Origin: Azolla caroliniana
Taxonomy: Eukaryota; Plantae; Polypodiophyta
NCBI GenBank assembly: GCA_043228905.1
Contig: JBHGNT010000002.1
Coordinates: forward strand, 22,196,001-22,260,000
Length of the DNA: 64,000 nt
Direction: 5' to 3'
Part shown: in pieces, positions 9,795 through 22,307 of the stretch
Layout of the letters: the number at the start of each line of letters is the position of its first letter
Numbering within the stretch: position 1 is the first letter of the stretch
Position numbers and translations under genes: made by a program
Notes under the pieces: generated by a model
The model's input: only the letters and a program-made list of their open reading frames with translations
Databases searched by the model: none
What the model was told of the DNA's origin: nothing

Positions 9795-12408
9795 TCTCGG
9801 TTTTCGGAACCGAGGGATTCGCGGTTACGTTCGTGGTTCGGCCGTACCGTCAGAAACTGGACCGAATGGCGCCCGTCTTGGCTTTTGACCCTCGCGTAGG
9901 CCGAACCATTGTCCAGCACCTTGGTCTCCATTCGGGCCGCCGTGATGTACGGCTCTCCCAGTATGACCGGATGCGAAGACGTCTCCTGCACGAAGAAGTG
10001 CTGGTCAATCTCGACGTCGCCGATCTTGACTCGCACATTCGGACAGGCCCCGTGCAGTTCCTCGGTGGCGCGCGTTGCTGCCCTTATTTTCCACCCGTGC
10101 TTGGTGTTGATCGGCCATTTGCCCTTCTTATAGAAGTCCATGGACATCAAATTGATCTCCGATCCGTGGTCCACCAAAGCTATCACCGGTTCCTGGACAC
10201 CACCGATCTTCACCGGGGTTTCCGTGGTCGCTCGGGCCCAGTGTGGTCTCGAATAGTGGCTTTCCGCCCACTCGTCTCCCAGCGCCATGTCGTCTAGGTG
10301 CGTCGTCCGCACTTCCACCGGTCTTTCCGGTTCTGTCTCCGTTGACAGCCTCTTCCGTTTCACCAAGTCCACGATGGAGTCGTGGAACTCCTTCTTGGCG
10401 ATTCCCAGCACCTCTCGTAACGACAGCTCCACCTTGCTGTCGAGGATCCGTTCCTCCAGGACCTTTCGTAAGTCCGTGGTCCTTTCTATCTCCGTCCCCA
10501 GACGGTACCCGCCCTTCTGGGGTTTATCTTGCGTACCGGCCCCGCCGGCTTCGTCCCGTCGTGGCCCGGACCGGGTCTCGTATCGTTGTGAGGGCCCGGT
10601 CGTCCCGGGTTTCCCCACCCGCTTCTCTTCTACCAGAGCCTCGTAGTTCTGGCAAGCGGCCTCCACAAAGCCCGTCTTTTCCTCGACCGGGTCGCTCCAC
10701 CCGGTCATCTCCCGTACCCGTTTCTCCGCACGGTCCGATTCCTCCCTTTTAAGCCTTGCACCGGCAAGGCCTTCCAGCATCGTCGGCCAGAATCCGGCTT
10801 TGCTTTCCCTTCGGGCCTCGCCGCCCCCGACTCGAATGCCGGCCGACGCCGAGTAGTGGACGGTTTCCGCATGTCGGGCCACCGCCTTTTCCATCAACCT
10901 TTTCATACCACCTCGCCCGTCGTTTCGGCTCAAGGCCCTTCGGGTGTCGCTGGCATGCACCCGTCCTTCCCACAGGTACACCACCCTGTTCCTCAGCGCC
11001 TCCGCGAAGTCGCCGCAGTCCTTCCGAATGTGGCCGACTTCATCGCACCACATGCACCTGTTTCCTGCCGCCGGCCGTCGGTCACGAGCCGGTTCGCCAC
11101 CTTCCCTTCGGGCTTGCGCGATTTGGAGGTCCTTTATCGCCCTCGTCAATTCCTCCAGCGCCGCTCCTCCGGTTGAGCCTCTGACTACGTCGGTCGAAGC
11201 CGAACCGGTTTCCAACCACTCTCGGGTCTCTTCCTCTCGCACCTGTGGCGCTGGTTCGAGCTTCCTTGCTGCGACCGAGCCTGACCCGGTTGCCCCGTTA
11301 TCCGCCCATTCTCGCCGTTTGTCGAAACGGCCACAGACCTTTTTGACAGCCGCCCAGTCGGTAGTGAGCCCGTCTTCGGTTTCCAGCAAGAGGCCCACTT
11401 GCTCCCGATCCCGCTCGTCGACCGACTTGACAAACAGCAAGACCCGACTCGTGTCCAGGATGGTTCGGTCGAGCGCTGAAAGGCGCGCAAAGTTTTCCTC
11501 GAACTCCCGGAGGAGTGCCGACGCGTTTCTTCCCTTCCCTGGGGACTCCACCCATTCCATGAACCTTCGCTTCGAAAGCCGGAGCGCGTCGTCCAGCCCG
11601 TATTTCTCTAGGAGCCGACCTTCGAACTCCTCCCAGGTACGGCTCTCCGCCCGCACCTCGAGCACCTCCGCATGTATTAGAGATTAGGTACTAAAGTAAG
11701 CATAAAATAAGGATATATCAATGATAGATCTAGAAAGAATAGAGAGAAAAGAGAGAAAGAAGGGTGCCGATCCACCCGACCACCCCCGAGCGAAGGGATC
11801 GAGACGGACTCGAGCCTCGATCGGCGTCCCATACCACCGCCTTGGCGTCGAGTCGTACCTGGATGATAGCGCGCTTGCTACAAGAGCCGTTCCACTCACG
11901 GACAGAGTCTCGACGTAGTCAATGCATGATCAAATGAGGGTAGCTAGGCCTCTTATTTATAGTAATTCTCAAGGCCCCCAGCCATGTTCACACTTGGCCT
12001 CATGGGTTGTCTCAATCCCGAGGATTAAAAGTAATCCTCCCCTTCTTTAGACTCTTTGTTTAACCCTCACACTTATCCACGTGTATAGAATACTACGACA
12101 ATTCTCACCACGGGATATTATATGGTCATGCCCGTAACAGCATGGATGCTCGGCATCACCACTCGGGGAAATCCGGCAAGACGCCTTTCTTCCGGAATGT
12201 CCCGCATCAACATCTCTGCACCGTAGGACGCCAAATACTTCGTGGCATCATTCCCATCGAATCGGCCGATCGTGCCGACGACCGCCTCAATGGCTCTGTC
12301 GAGGGCACCGGTGCCCTCGCGCGCGTTTACAATCCGATCCACGGCCGAAGCCATGGCCTCTGCAAGATCCGACCCCCTCATCTTCTGCTCTTCTGCCGCC
12401 TCCTTCAC
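9785..12408 (-). pseudogene. Gypsy gag-protease interrupted by a solo LTR
   Basis: The 12118-12408 and 9785-11665 pieces join in frame (MPSIHA-EVLEVR) after the solo LTR is removed. Contains the CMWCDEVGHIRKDC knuckle and ALVDHGSE protease motif. Confidence 0.9.
11675..12139 (-). mobile_element. Solo LTR of the 36478-44805 chromovirus family
   Basis: Homologous to 36478-36933. TSD GCATG at 11670-11674 and 12140-12144. Confidence 0.93.
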
Positions 12409-13221
12409 GTCGGGTTCACCAAAGATGTCGAGATATTACGCAAGTGCGTGTGGAAACGAGGCGGGACCGCGGGGGTCTCGAACCAAAGAGCAAGCGAGGG
12501 AGGAGAAAGGGAGAGAACCGGCTACGCAGGACCGGGGATACACAGGGACACGGCCCTTCAGCACAGAGAACGCGAACAGACACCGACACAGACAGATGCG
12601 AATGACTAAATATGTATATTAACAAAATGGCTAACACGACTACAACCCTCGATGGGGCACAGGTTGGCTACAGCCGAACAGGCCGGCGAACAGATGCCGA
12701 TGCTTGTTCGCTTCGACGCACAAGGGGGTAGCAGGTCGGAGGTGCTGCCGGAAGCACTCGGGCGTTCCTCAAAATAGCGTGAGCCTCCCCGAAACCCTGC
12801 ACAGAAAAGCTATGGAGCTCGAGAAGGAAGGAAGGAAACAGAGCGAGAAGCGTCCAGAAACGGTCCGACAGCACTTCGTCCTCTCTGCGCGAGATCCCTG
12901 CAACAGCTCTTTCCTGCTCCTTATATAGGCCGACGAGCAGGCCGTCCTGTCAGCTTTATTCCCTGTCCCTTTTGAACAGGGATCCGCTCCGTTCTTCACG
13001 CCTCCGCGTAGTTACGCCGCCGACTCGTACAGTTCCTTAGCTCGCGCGCGCGACCGAAAAGACTGTTCGCGCGGTCTTTGTCTCCACTTGTGTTAGGGCC
13101 CGTTCCTGCCGATTATCCTCCTAACTCGCTTCTATGTACTACTTGGAGCGTGCGCGCGCGAAGAACCGGTTCCCACGCCTTGGGGCGCCGATTCCGCCTA
13201 GGGACGGTTTTCTTCACGACA

Positions 13222-15655
13222 GCGGTTCCGGAGTTAGCATTGATCTTGAGATTACGATCAAGAGGGGTAGACACAGGCTTGCACTTTGTCATTCCGAACT
13301 TGTAGAGTAAGTTGAGAATGTAGTGCCGTTGAGAGATCATTATTCCGACTAGCGTCCGAATTACTTCAATACCTAGGAAGTAATGGAGCTCGTGTAAGTC
13401 TTTCATTTCGAATCTGCTGGAAAGAAGTGATTTGACTTTGTTAATGTCGGCGAGATCCTTTCCTCTGATGACCAAATCATCCACGTACAGGATGATGATG
13501 ATCAGGCTATCCGAATCGTTTCGGATGTACAGAGAGGTGTCGGGTTTTGACATCCGAAATCCGACTTGGTGAAGATACTGCGTGATCTTCGAGTGCCAAG
13601 CACGCAGTGCTTGTTTGAGGCCGTAAAGTGGCTTCTTGAGTTGGCATACGACGTGCGGATGTTTACCCGATTCGAATCCAGGTGGTTGTATCATGTACAC
13701 CTCTTCTTCTAACTCTCCTTGGAGGAAAGCATTTTTCATATCCATCTGGTGGAGGTGCCATCCCTTCGTTGCGGTGAGTGCAATTACTGTCCGTACGGTT
13801 GTCATCTTTGCCACCGGGGCAAAGGTTTCTTTGTAGTCTATGCCGTGAATTTGCATGTAGCCTTTCGCAACGAGCCGTACTTTGAAGAGATTTACGGATC
13901 CGTCGGCATTATATTTTACTTTGTATATCCATCTTCAGCCAATCGCTTTCTTGTTCGGAGCGAGAGGAACGAGATTCCATGTCTCGTTTTTGCATAAAGC
14001 TTCCATCTCCTCATTCATCCTGTTGACCTATCGAGGATCTTTTGCAGCTTCGGAAAGCGTTTCTGGTTCCTTTACTGACGCTACTTTCATCATAAAATCG
14101 TAGTGATACGCCATGTACTCATTGTAGCCATAGCGGTTTACATGGTTCTTTTCGCGTGTGGATCGGCGTAGCTCTCGATCCATGGGGGGTATGGCTTTCT
14201 TCGCTCCATCTATGCGGATGTCGAGATCTTCAAATTCACTATCAAGAGAGTGAAGCATTTCGGTCTCTTCCTGATCTTCATATTCCCACATTTTCGCCTT
14301 CCCTTTGTCCAGCTTCGGACTCGACCGAGATGTGCTTTCATCGCTCGGTGGCTCTGATGGCCCACTCAGCCGTGTCGTAATTGGGATGTCTTCTAACATC
14401 TGTGTGAGCTGATCCTCAGTTTCTATTTCTATTTCAGTGTCATCTGCGTCGAGCAGGGTTAGAGTCGAAGTGTTCTTGGGTGCGTACCAGGATGCGTATT
14501 CGTCGAAGACTACGTCTTGACTTGTTCGAACCTTACGGGTGGATGGGTTGTAGCATTTGTACCCCTTCTGTTCGAGTGAGTATCCTATGAGGATGCATTT
14601 CTCTGACTTTGGGTCAAGCTTTTGCCGCGTATCGTCGGGAATATGTATGTAGGCGATAGAACTGAAAATGCGGGCATGTGACAAATCCGGCTTCTTTCCG
14701 AAGAACCTCTCATGCGGAGTTATATCGTGTACTCCCGAGGTTGTGGACCTGTACACGAGATATACGACCATATTTTTCGCTTTTGCCCAATATGATTTCG
14801 GTAGGTTCTTCTCGTTCATCATGGCTCGTGCAACTTCTACTACATGGCGATTTTTACGCTTTGCTACGCCGTTTTGCTGAGGCGTGTGTTGACACGAGAA
14901 CTCTCGTCAGATTCCTTCTTTTCGGAGATACACCGTAAATTCATCTGAAAAATATTCTTTACCTCCATCTGATCGAAGACAACGTACATGCCAACCCGTA
15001 GTTTTTTCGACTTTGGCCTTGAATGTCTGGAAGTGCTTGAACATTTCACTCTTCTGCTTCATCAGATAGATCCAAGTGTTCCTAGAGAAGTCGTTGATGA
15101 ACGTGACATAGTATCGGCATCCGCCGAATGTAGCTGTTTGGCCTGGTCCCCATACATCTGAATGTATTACATCTAGGATCCCTTTGCTCACATTCTGCTC
15201 GTTAGAGAATGGGTGACGACGTTGCTTTCCAAACTGACATGCTTCACATACGCATGTAATCTCCTTTTCCGTAAAGTTCGGGAGTCCGATTACGAATCCT
15301 TTCGATTGCATGTTTTGTAGCTTCTGGAGATTAATGTGGCCGATTCTCTTGTGCCACAGCTTTAAGTCGGTTTCGACTTTCTGGCCCTTTGCTTACATGG
15401 CCGACTTTACCTCGCTCGATTCGAGGATGAACATGCAACCTTCTCATCGGCCGTGAGCTACGACTTGATCGCCTTTCTCGATGAAGCATCCGTCATTATT
15501 GAAACGTACTTGCATTCCTTGTTCGACAATCTGGCTGACTGAGACCAGGTTTTTCTTAATGGTGGGACATGCAGCACGTTCTTGAGGTAGGTTTGTTTGC
15601 CGTCATTTTCGAATGAGACATTGCTGATATGTTGTATGGGGTGAGTCGTGTCATC
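13222..15655 (-). pseudogene. Copia integrase and RT (5' part), disrupted
   Basis: CEACQFGK, HSDVWGP, RSDGGKEY, KLDPKSEKC and YVDD. Interrupted at 13221 by the Gypsy insertion. Confidence 0.9.
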
Positions 15656-16786
15656 TCATGTTTCGACATATCCAGGACATTCGGGCTTCCGAAGTTCCTG
15701 AAACCAATCTTCATGGGATGTCATGTGATTGGATGCTCCCGAATTGACAAACCATACGTTGTTCAGAGTGGAAGCGATAGTTGACACAAGTGCGGACATT
15801 GAGTGTGCTTCGTGCTTCATTATGAACATTCCGCCGTGGTCGCCGTAGTCAGAGTTCGTGGCGTAATTTGTTAGTTGTCGGCCTTGCTCACGCTTTTTCT
15901 TCCGACACTCCTCCTTGTAGTGGCCGGGTTTTCCACAATACCCGCATTCAACTGGGTTCCTACGGTTGCTTGGTCCGACGTGATGACCCCCCCTTCCGCC
16001 GAACTCTTTGGGGCTGTTTCTGTCCGCTTGCCATTGGTGGGAGTTACGAAGTTTATTGTGTTGACCTTGGCCATATTGGCCTCTCCTGCCGTGACCGTGT
16101 CCTCTTCCTCCATCGAAGTTTGAATATAGCATCTGTTCTTCGTGTGCGTTGTTCCTTTGACGCACATGATTCTCTTCGACCAGCAATAACGATTGGAGAT
16201 CAAAAAAGGAGGGAGGATTCTCTCTCGTGAGAATGGCCGATCTTATTGCACCAAATCGTAGTGCTAGGCCACCGAGGCATATCTGCACCATTTCTTCGTT
16301 GTCAATGCTAACATTGATTGATCTAAGGGCATCACACAGCTCCTTGATCTTTAAGGTGTAGTTGCCGATTAACATGTCTCTTTGTTGAAGATTGTTCAGC
16401 TCTTGTCGAAGTTGGAGCTTTCGTGCGGCCGTATTGGCTGCGAAGATCTTCTTGAGGTTTTCCCACGCCTGCTTCAATGGTTTTGCCTCTCGAATGTAGC
16501 CAAGCATATGATCATGAACGCATGATGCAAGGCAATACAACACACGACTTACGGCCTGCTCCCAAGCGGGATAGTCAACATGTGTTGGGTTGGGGTGTGA
16601 TTCGTGCACTCCTTCGATGTAGCTCCAGTAGCCTTGTCCGACAAGGTATTGATGCATCTTGTATTCCCAAGATGCAAAGTTTGTTCTGTCAAGCTTCTCG
16701 GTAGGAAGAGCGCTTCCCATTTGAGTATTCATGGTGATTTCTTCTCTGTTGATGGGCCGGTTCTGTTGATCGTCGGCGTGCAGCAC
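15656..16786 (-). CDS. Copia gag-protease (frame-disrupted downstream)
   Basis: KLDRTNFASWEYKM, the CGYCGKPGHYKEEC zinc knuckle and WFVNSGASNHM (degenerate protease DSG). Confidence 0.88.
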   Translation of the reverse strand: MLHADDQQNRPINREEITMNTQMGSALPTEKLDRTNFASWEYKMHQYLVGQGYWSYIEGVHESHPNPTHVDYPAWEQAVSRVLYCLASCVHDHMLGYIREAKPLKQAWENLKKIFAANTAARKLQLRQELNNLQQRDMLIGNYTLKIKELCDALRSINVSIDNEEMVQICLGGLALRFGAIRSAILTRENPPSFFDLQSLLLVEENHVRQRNNAHEEQMLYSNFDGGRGHGHGRRGQYGQGQHNKLRNSHQWQADRNSPKEFGGRGGHHVGPSNRRNPVECGYCGKPGHYKEECRKKKREQGRQLTNYATNSDYGDHGGMFIMKHEAHSMSALVSTIASTLNNVWFVNSGASNHMTSHEDWFQELRKPECPGYVET

Positions 16787-16907
16787 AACACAGTCGAATA
16801 GGCTTGATCAGGCAACCACACACTTTGATACCATGTAAAGAAATGAAGAGGCAAGAGTGGTTGTAATGTAGCGGAAGATGAGTGTGTGTGTGTGTGTGTG
16901 TGTCTCA

Positions 16908-16980
<73 letters not shown>

Positions 16981-17298
16981 GAGCTCCAATAGAGACAGGC
17001 AAACTGTCTATAAACCAAAATTACATCAAAGCATAAAACATCCAACTACAACCAAGTTACAATGGGTTGGTTTATATACCAACTAAGCTAGGGCAAGTGC
17101 CCTTTCTACTATTTACAAAACTAGCCCAACACGTCCATGAGCTAGTGTGAAACCTATCTATGGGAAGTTGAGTTCGATTCTCAACACGCCCCTTCGAACA
17201 CAACTTCCATCTGTCGAAAAGTTGTTTCGGTCTTCGGAGTACTTTGATTTAAGGAATCGGATTCCGGCTTTATTGTTTTACGCTTCTTATTGCGTGTT

Positions 17299-20200
17299 CG
17301 TAGTGAACACAAAGGCTAGAAAGCTTCAGTTGAAAACTGAGCTAAATACCTTGGAAAAGGTAAGATGTCAGTGAATGAGTATGCTCTGAAAATAAAGAGC
17401 ATATGTGAATCACTTGCTTCTATCAATGTCAAGGTAGAAGATGATGATAAGGTGGAAATATGCTTAAGAGGTTTAGGACCTCAATATAAAAGCTTCAAAA
17501 CATCTATTCTCACAAGGGATATCATCCCAAGTTTTCCAGATCTGGTTTCAATGCTTGTAGTGGAAGAGAGAAATCAAATTGATGATGTAAACAAAGGAAA
17601 CACTGAGACTGAGGGGTAAGCCCTCTACAATAGTGCTGGAAGAGGCCGAGGAAGAGGCCATGGAAGATTTGGTTGCTAGAACCAAGAATAACAATCAAGG
17701 AAGAGGACAACAGGTTGTAAGTGGAAGAAACAACATCAGAGGCAGGGGGAGCAATCGAGGTAGAGGTAAGCAAACTTATTTGAATGATGATGGCTGTTGG
17801 TATTGTGGAAAACTAGACCATACATAGGCTGAATGCTGCAAAAAGCAAAATGATGAAAAAAGAGGGAAGAGACAACAAAATAACTATGCTTCAACTAGTG
17901 AAGATTGTGATAAAGATGGTGCATTTGTGATGCAACATGAAACAACAGTGGTTGAATGTTCACAGAGATGCAATGAAGAGTTTATGTGGTATGTAGATTT
18001 TGGGGCATCTAATCATATGACAGGACATGCAAACTAGTTTGAAAGTCTAAGAGAACTAGAGATTCCTGGTTATGTACAAACAGGTGATAATACTACTCAC
18101 CAAATAGAGCATGTTGGAGATATCTCATTGTGGGAAGAAAAAGGAAAAACAAAATATATGCTGAATGTTATGCATGTGCCAAACCTTGCAAAAAATTTGA
18201 TTTCTGTTGGACAGATAGTTGAGCAAGGAATGCAAGTTAAGTTTAAGCAAAGTGGATGCTTTATAGAGAAACAGGGAAAGCTTATTGCAAAAGGAAAACG
18301 AAAAGGAAGGATGTTTGTGTTAGATGTGAATATCCCTAAAAAGATTACAACCATGTTTGCAGAAGGAATGAGTGTAATCTCAGATGTGGAAATGTGGCAT
18401 AAAAGAATCGGCCACATAAGTATGCAAACATTGAAAAATATGTTGAGGAAAAATGCAGTGGTTGGATTTCCTAAGTTAAAAGACTGTGAGATGAGCAAAA
18501 TATGTGAAGCATGTCAATATGGAAAGCAAAACCAATTGCCTTTCCCTTGTGAAAGACATGTAAGCAAAAATTTGTTGGATTTGGTACATACAGATGTATG
18601 GGGACCAACAAAAAATGCATCAATTAGTGGATGTAAGTTTTATGTAACTTTCATTGATGATTACTCAAGGAAAACATGGGTTTACTTCATGAAAGAAAAA
18701 AGTGAAGTATTTGATTGTTTCCATAAGTTTAAATGCATGGTAGAAAAGCAGGTTGGAACTGGAATAAAATGCCTAAGATCTGATGGAGGAGGAGAATACT
18801 TCTCAAATGAATTTTCTGATTTTCTATGCAATCAAGGAATAAGGAGACAATTTACATGTAGATATACTCCACAACAAAATGGAGTTGTTGAGAGAAAAAA
18901 TAGAACTCTGATGAACATAGCAAGGGCTTTAATGACAAAAAAAAATATGCCATTGTATTACCGGGCAGAAGTTGTAAACACATCAAATTGTATTCTAAAT
19001 AGATGTATAACATCTGGAGTACATGAAGTAACTCCTGAAGAATGTTTCTATGGCAGAAAGCCGAGTTTAGGACACTTAAAACTGTTTGGATGCCCTGCCT
19101 ATGTTCATGTACCTACTGAAGTGAGAAGTAAGCTTGATCCAAAAGCTGAAAAATGTGTTTTTGTTCAATATTTAGAGGAGCAAAAAGGGTATAGATGCTA
19201 TAACCCATTGACCAAAAAGATTGTGGTAAGTCGGGATGTAATATTTGATGAGTTGGGAAGCTGGTACAACCCAAAAGAGAATGTAGAAACTGATGAAGAC
19301 TATGAAAATGATGACAAAGAAAAATTTGAAAATGTAAGAGATAACCACAGAGATGGAAACAATGTTGGACAACAAAGTTCCACATCAATGGAATGTACTG
19401 GACCATCTGGAAGCTCAGGTAGTAAATCTAAATCTAATGCATGGAGTGGAAAAAATGCAAGACACAAAAATATGATGATAAAAAAGGAAAACAGAAGATG
19501 CCAGAATATGAAATGCTTGATGATGGATCTAGAAACATGGAAGATGTAGATTCAGATACATCATTGGATGATGAGCTTGGTATAGGATCCCTAAAAATAC
19601 CTGGTATGGAAAAGGCAATGAAAGATGCAAATCAGAAACTGAGAAGATCAGATAGAGAGAAAAAGACAGTTGAAAGATTTGGTTATGATACATATATGGC
19701 TATGCATTATGCATACATGTCTAAAGTAGTACAAATCCTTGATCCAAATAGTTTTGATGAAGCAAAATCTAATAAGAAATGGGTGAATGCAATGCAAGAA
19801 GAAATAGATGCATTGGCTGAAAACAGAACATGGGATTTGGTAAAGTTACCGAAAGGAAAAAATGTTGTAGGTTGCAAATGGGTCTACAAGACAAAGCATG
19901 ATTCCAATGGAAATGTTAGTAGACATAAAGCAAGACTTGTGGCAAAGGATATGCCCAAATGCATGGAATTGATTATGATAAAACATTTGCATCGGTTGCA
20001 AAAATGGCAACCTTGAGAACACTACTTGCTGTGAATGCAGCCAAAAGATGGGTTCTGCACCATATGGATGTAAAAAATGTTTTCTTACATGGTAACTTGG
20101 AAGAGGAAGTATACATGTATCAACCACCAGGTTTTGAAGATAAGAAGCATCCAAAATATGTATCCAGGCTGAAAAAGGCTCTTTATGGACTGAAACAAGC

Positions 20201-21300
20201 ACCGAGAGCATGGCATAAAGAACTTTCAAAATCTCTGAAAAAAATTGCCTTCAAAATGTCAAAAGCTGATCCATCACTATATGTAAAGAAGATAAATGAT
20301 TGCATTGTTGTTATCATGACTTATGTTGATGATTTAATCATCGGAGGTGATTCTATGGATGAAATAAGGACGCTAAAAAATAAATCTGGAAATGCAATTT
20401 CATATGAAAGACTTGGGAGAGTTGAGATACTTTCTTGGCATTGAGATGATCATATCTGAAAGTGGTATATATATGTTGCAATAACTATGTTGAAGAAGTA
20501 TGGTATGCTTGGATGCAAACCTATTGGTGTACTACTAGACGAGAACTGCAAATTAAGGGCTGATTTGGGAGCCAAAATAGATGATGTAAACATGTACAGG
20601 TCTATGGTGGGCAACCTCATATATTTGACTATACCAAGACCTGATTTGAGTTATGTTGTTGGATTAATCAACCAGTTTATGCAACAGCCAACAAAGCCAC
20701 ATTTGGACTACATTAGAAGAATTTTGAGGTATGTAAAAGCTACTCAAAATTATGGACTGTTTTACAGGGCTGATCTGGACATAAAGCTGGAAGGATATAC
20801 ATATGCTGATTGGGCTAGAAGCCAAACTGACAAAAGATCCACATGTGGATATATGTTTACATTGGGAAGTGCAACCATTTCATGGAGTAGCAAGAAACAA
20901 GCTACTGTTGCACTATCAAGTACTGAAGCCAAGTATAGAGGTGCTGCAATAGCCACTTGTGAAGAAGTATGGATCAAAATATTGCTTTTTGATTTGGGAC
21001 AATATATAGATGGTGTAGTCACAATTTGGTGTGACAATATGAGCAGCATTCAGCTCGTAAAAAATCCAGTGTTCCATGCAAGAACAAAGCACATTGAAGT
21101 GCATTATCACTTTGTTAGAGAAAAAGTGATTGATGGATAAGTGGATATGTTGTATGTAAGTACAAATCAGCAAGTGGCTGATATTCTTACGAAGGGATTG
21201 AGCATGGAAAAACATACACAGTTTAGAGACATGATGGGAGTTATAACCATCGGCATGGTAGCTAAAAGGCATGAAGAAAAGAAGATTGAACATAATCCCA
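17299..21300 (+). pseudogene. Copia gag-pol with stops and frameshifts (gag, zinc knuckle, PR, INT, RT, RNase H)
   Basis: ORF pieces contain CWYCGKLDH, WHKRIGH/CEACQYGK, HTDVWGP, RSDGGGEY, ERKNR, YVDD and RTKHIEVHYHF. Confidence 0.92.
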
Positions 21301-21329
21301 AGAAAGAATAAGTTGAGCTTGAGGGGGAG

Positions 21330-21757
21330 TGTTGAGTAGCAAGGTCAACAAAGGTATGTGATGCTTATTGAGAAATAAGCTATAGTAGCTATTAGCTAAT
21401 TAGCTACTAGTGGACATAAAGGTGAAACAACTATTTAGCTACAGACAACTAATTAGCTACTGACAGCTAATTAGTGCATATATAAGTCACTTATATACTT
21501 AGGTAAAAAGTAAGTTGTAGTAAGTAGGGAAGAGAGTAAGACGTAAGTAAGAGAGAGCGAGAGAGAGAGAGAGAGAAGAAGAACAAAAAATAGAAAACTG
21601 ATGAGAGCGAGTTGAGCTCTGCATGTAATGGAATAGAAGCTTTTGGACTGTGCAACGGTAACTCTCCTTCCCCTTCCCCTTTCTATCTTGAGCAATAAAC
21701 GATCCAGCACAACACGATCTGCTATGCACACAGAAGATCCGTAGTGCCTTCGTAACT
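21330..21757 (+). repeat. 3' LTR of the 3848-21757 Copia
   Basis: Follows the PPT and is homologous to 3848-4214. Ends TAACT (probably mutated TAACA) before the TSD. Confidence 0.85.
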
Positions 21758-22307
21758 GGAACAACCATACTGCTGGTGCTAAGCACCACATGGGTCTTGC
21801 ATTTTGTAGTGTCAGAAAAGGGGCCTTCTTCCAATGGGCAAAGTATGAAAGTATTTCCACGCATCAACGGACGCTCCTGGCTCTGCATTGAGCTTGACCC
21901 AATCCAATCTCGTACGGGACCCCAACATGTGTCTTGACGGCAGACACATATTCAGATTCCGCACTAAGTGTTGTCTCAAGTATTCCTCCGTACATGTTGG
22001 TACACATGTCCCAACCCTTTATGTACATGCTCCCATGCTCTTAGAAGATTATTAAAAAGTTGTCCTCCCAATTCCTAGGCATAACATGTTTCTTGTCTAG
22101 TATAACGATCCAGCTTATGCAATCACTCCATAATCCACCCATCAATAGAGCACAAAGATACAATCTTTGCATAAGCAATTGCTTCCAAGGGGCATGTCCT
22201 GGTAAAAGGTCACGAAGTATTAGCTTTGCTAACAAGGCCATGCATTGATCTAGTGGATCAATAATCACCAAATCACCATGTTGCTTCGGGGTTATCAACG
22301 TACACCA

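Larger units (their letters stand above)
5439..13221 (-). mobile_element. Young Ty3/Gypsy LTR retrotransposon, non-chromovirus, tRNA-Trp primed, 4-bp TSD
   Basis: 796-bp LTRs at 5439-6234 and 12426-13221 with about 6 differences. TSD GCGG. PBS TGGTGAACCCGACGTGA is complementary to the 3' end of plant tRNA-Trp. PPT GGTGGGGGCGGA. Confidence 0.95.
4215..17298 (-). mobile_element. Ty1/Copia element inserted in the host 5' LTR, followed by a stub of a tandem second copy
   Basis: LTRs at 4215-4585 and 16834-17186 (TG..CA). PBS TGGTATCA (tRNA-iMet type) at 16826-16833. PPT at 4586-4594. 17187-17298 repeats 4586-4697. Confidence 0.9.
3848..21757 (+). mobile_element. Ty1/Copia element (AT-rich host of the nest), degenerate
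   Basis: 5' LTR fragment 3848-4214 matches the 3' LTR 21330-21757. TSD GGAAC at 3843-3847 and 21758-21762. PPT GAGGGGGAG at 21321-21329. Internal gag-pol at 17299-21300. Confidence 0.88.

Noticed and set aside
9079-11687. Long plus-strand ORFs (269, 221 and 247 aa)
   Set aside because: They are antisense shadows of GC-rich gag-pol.
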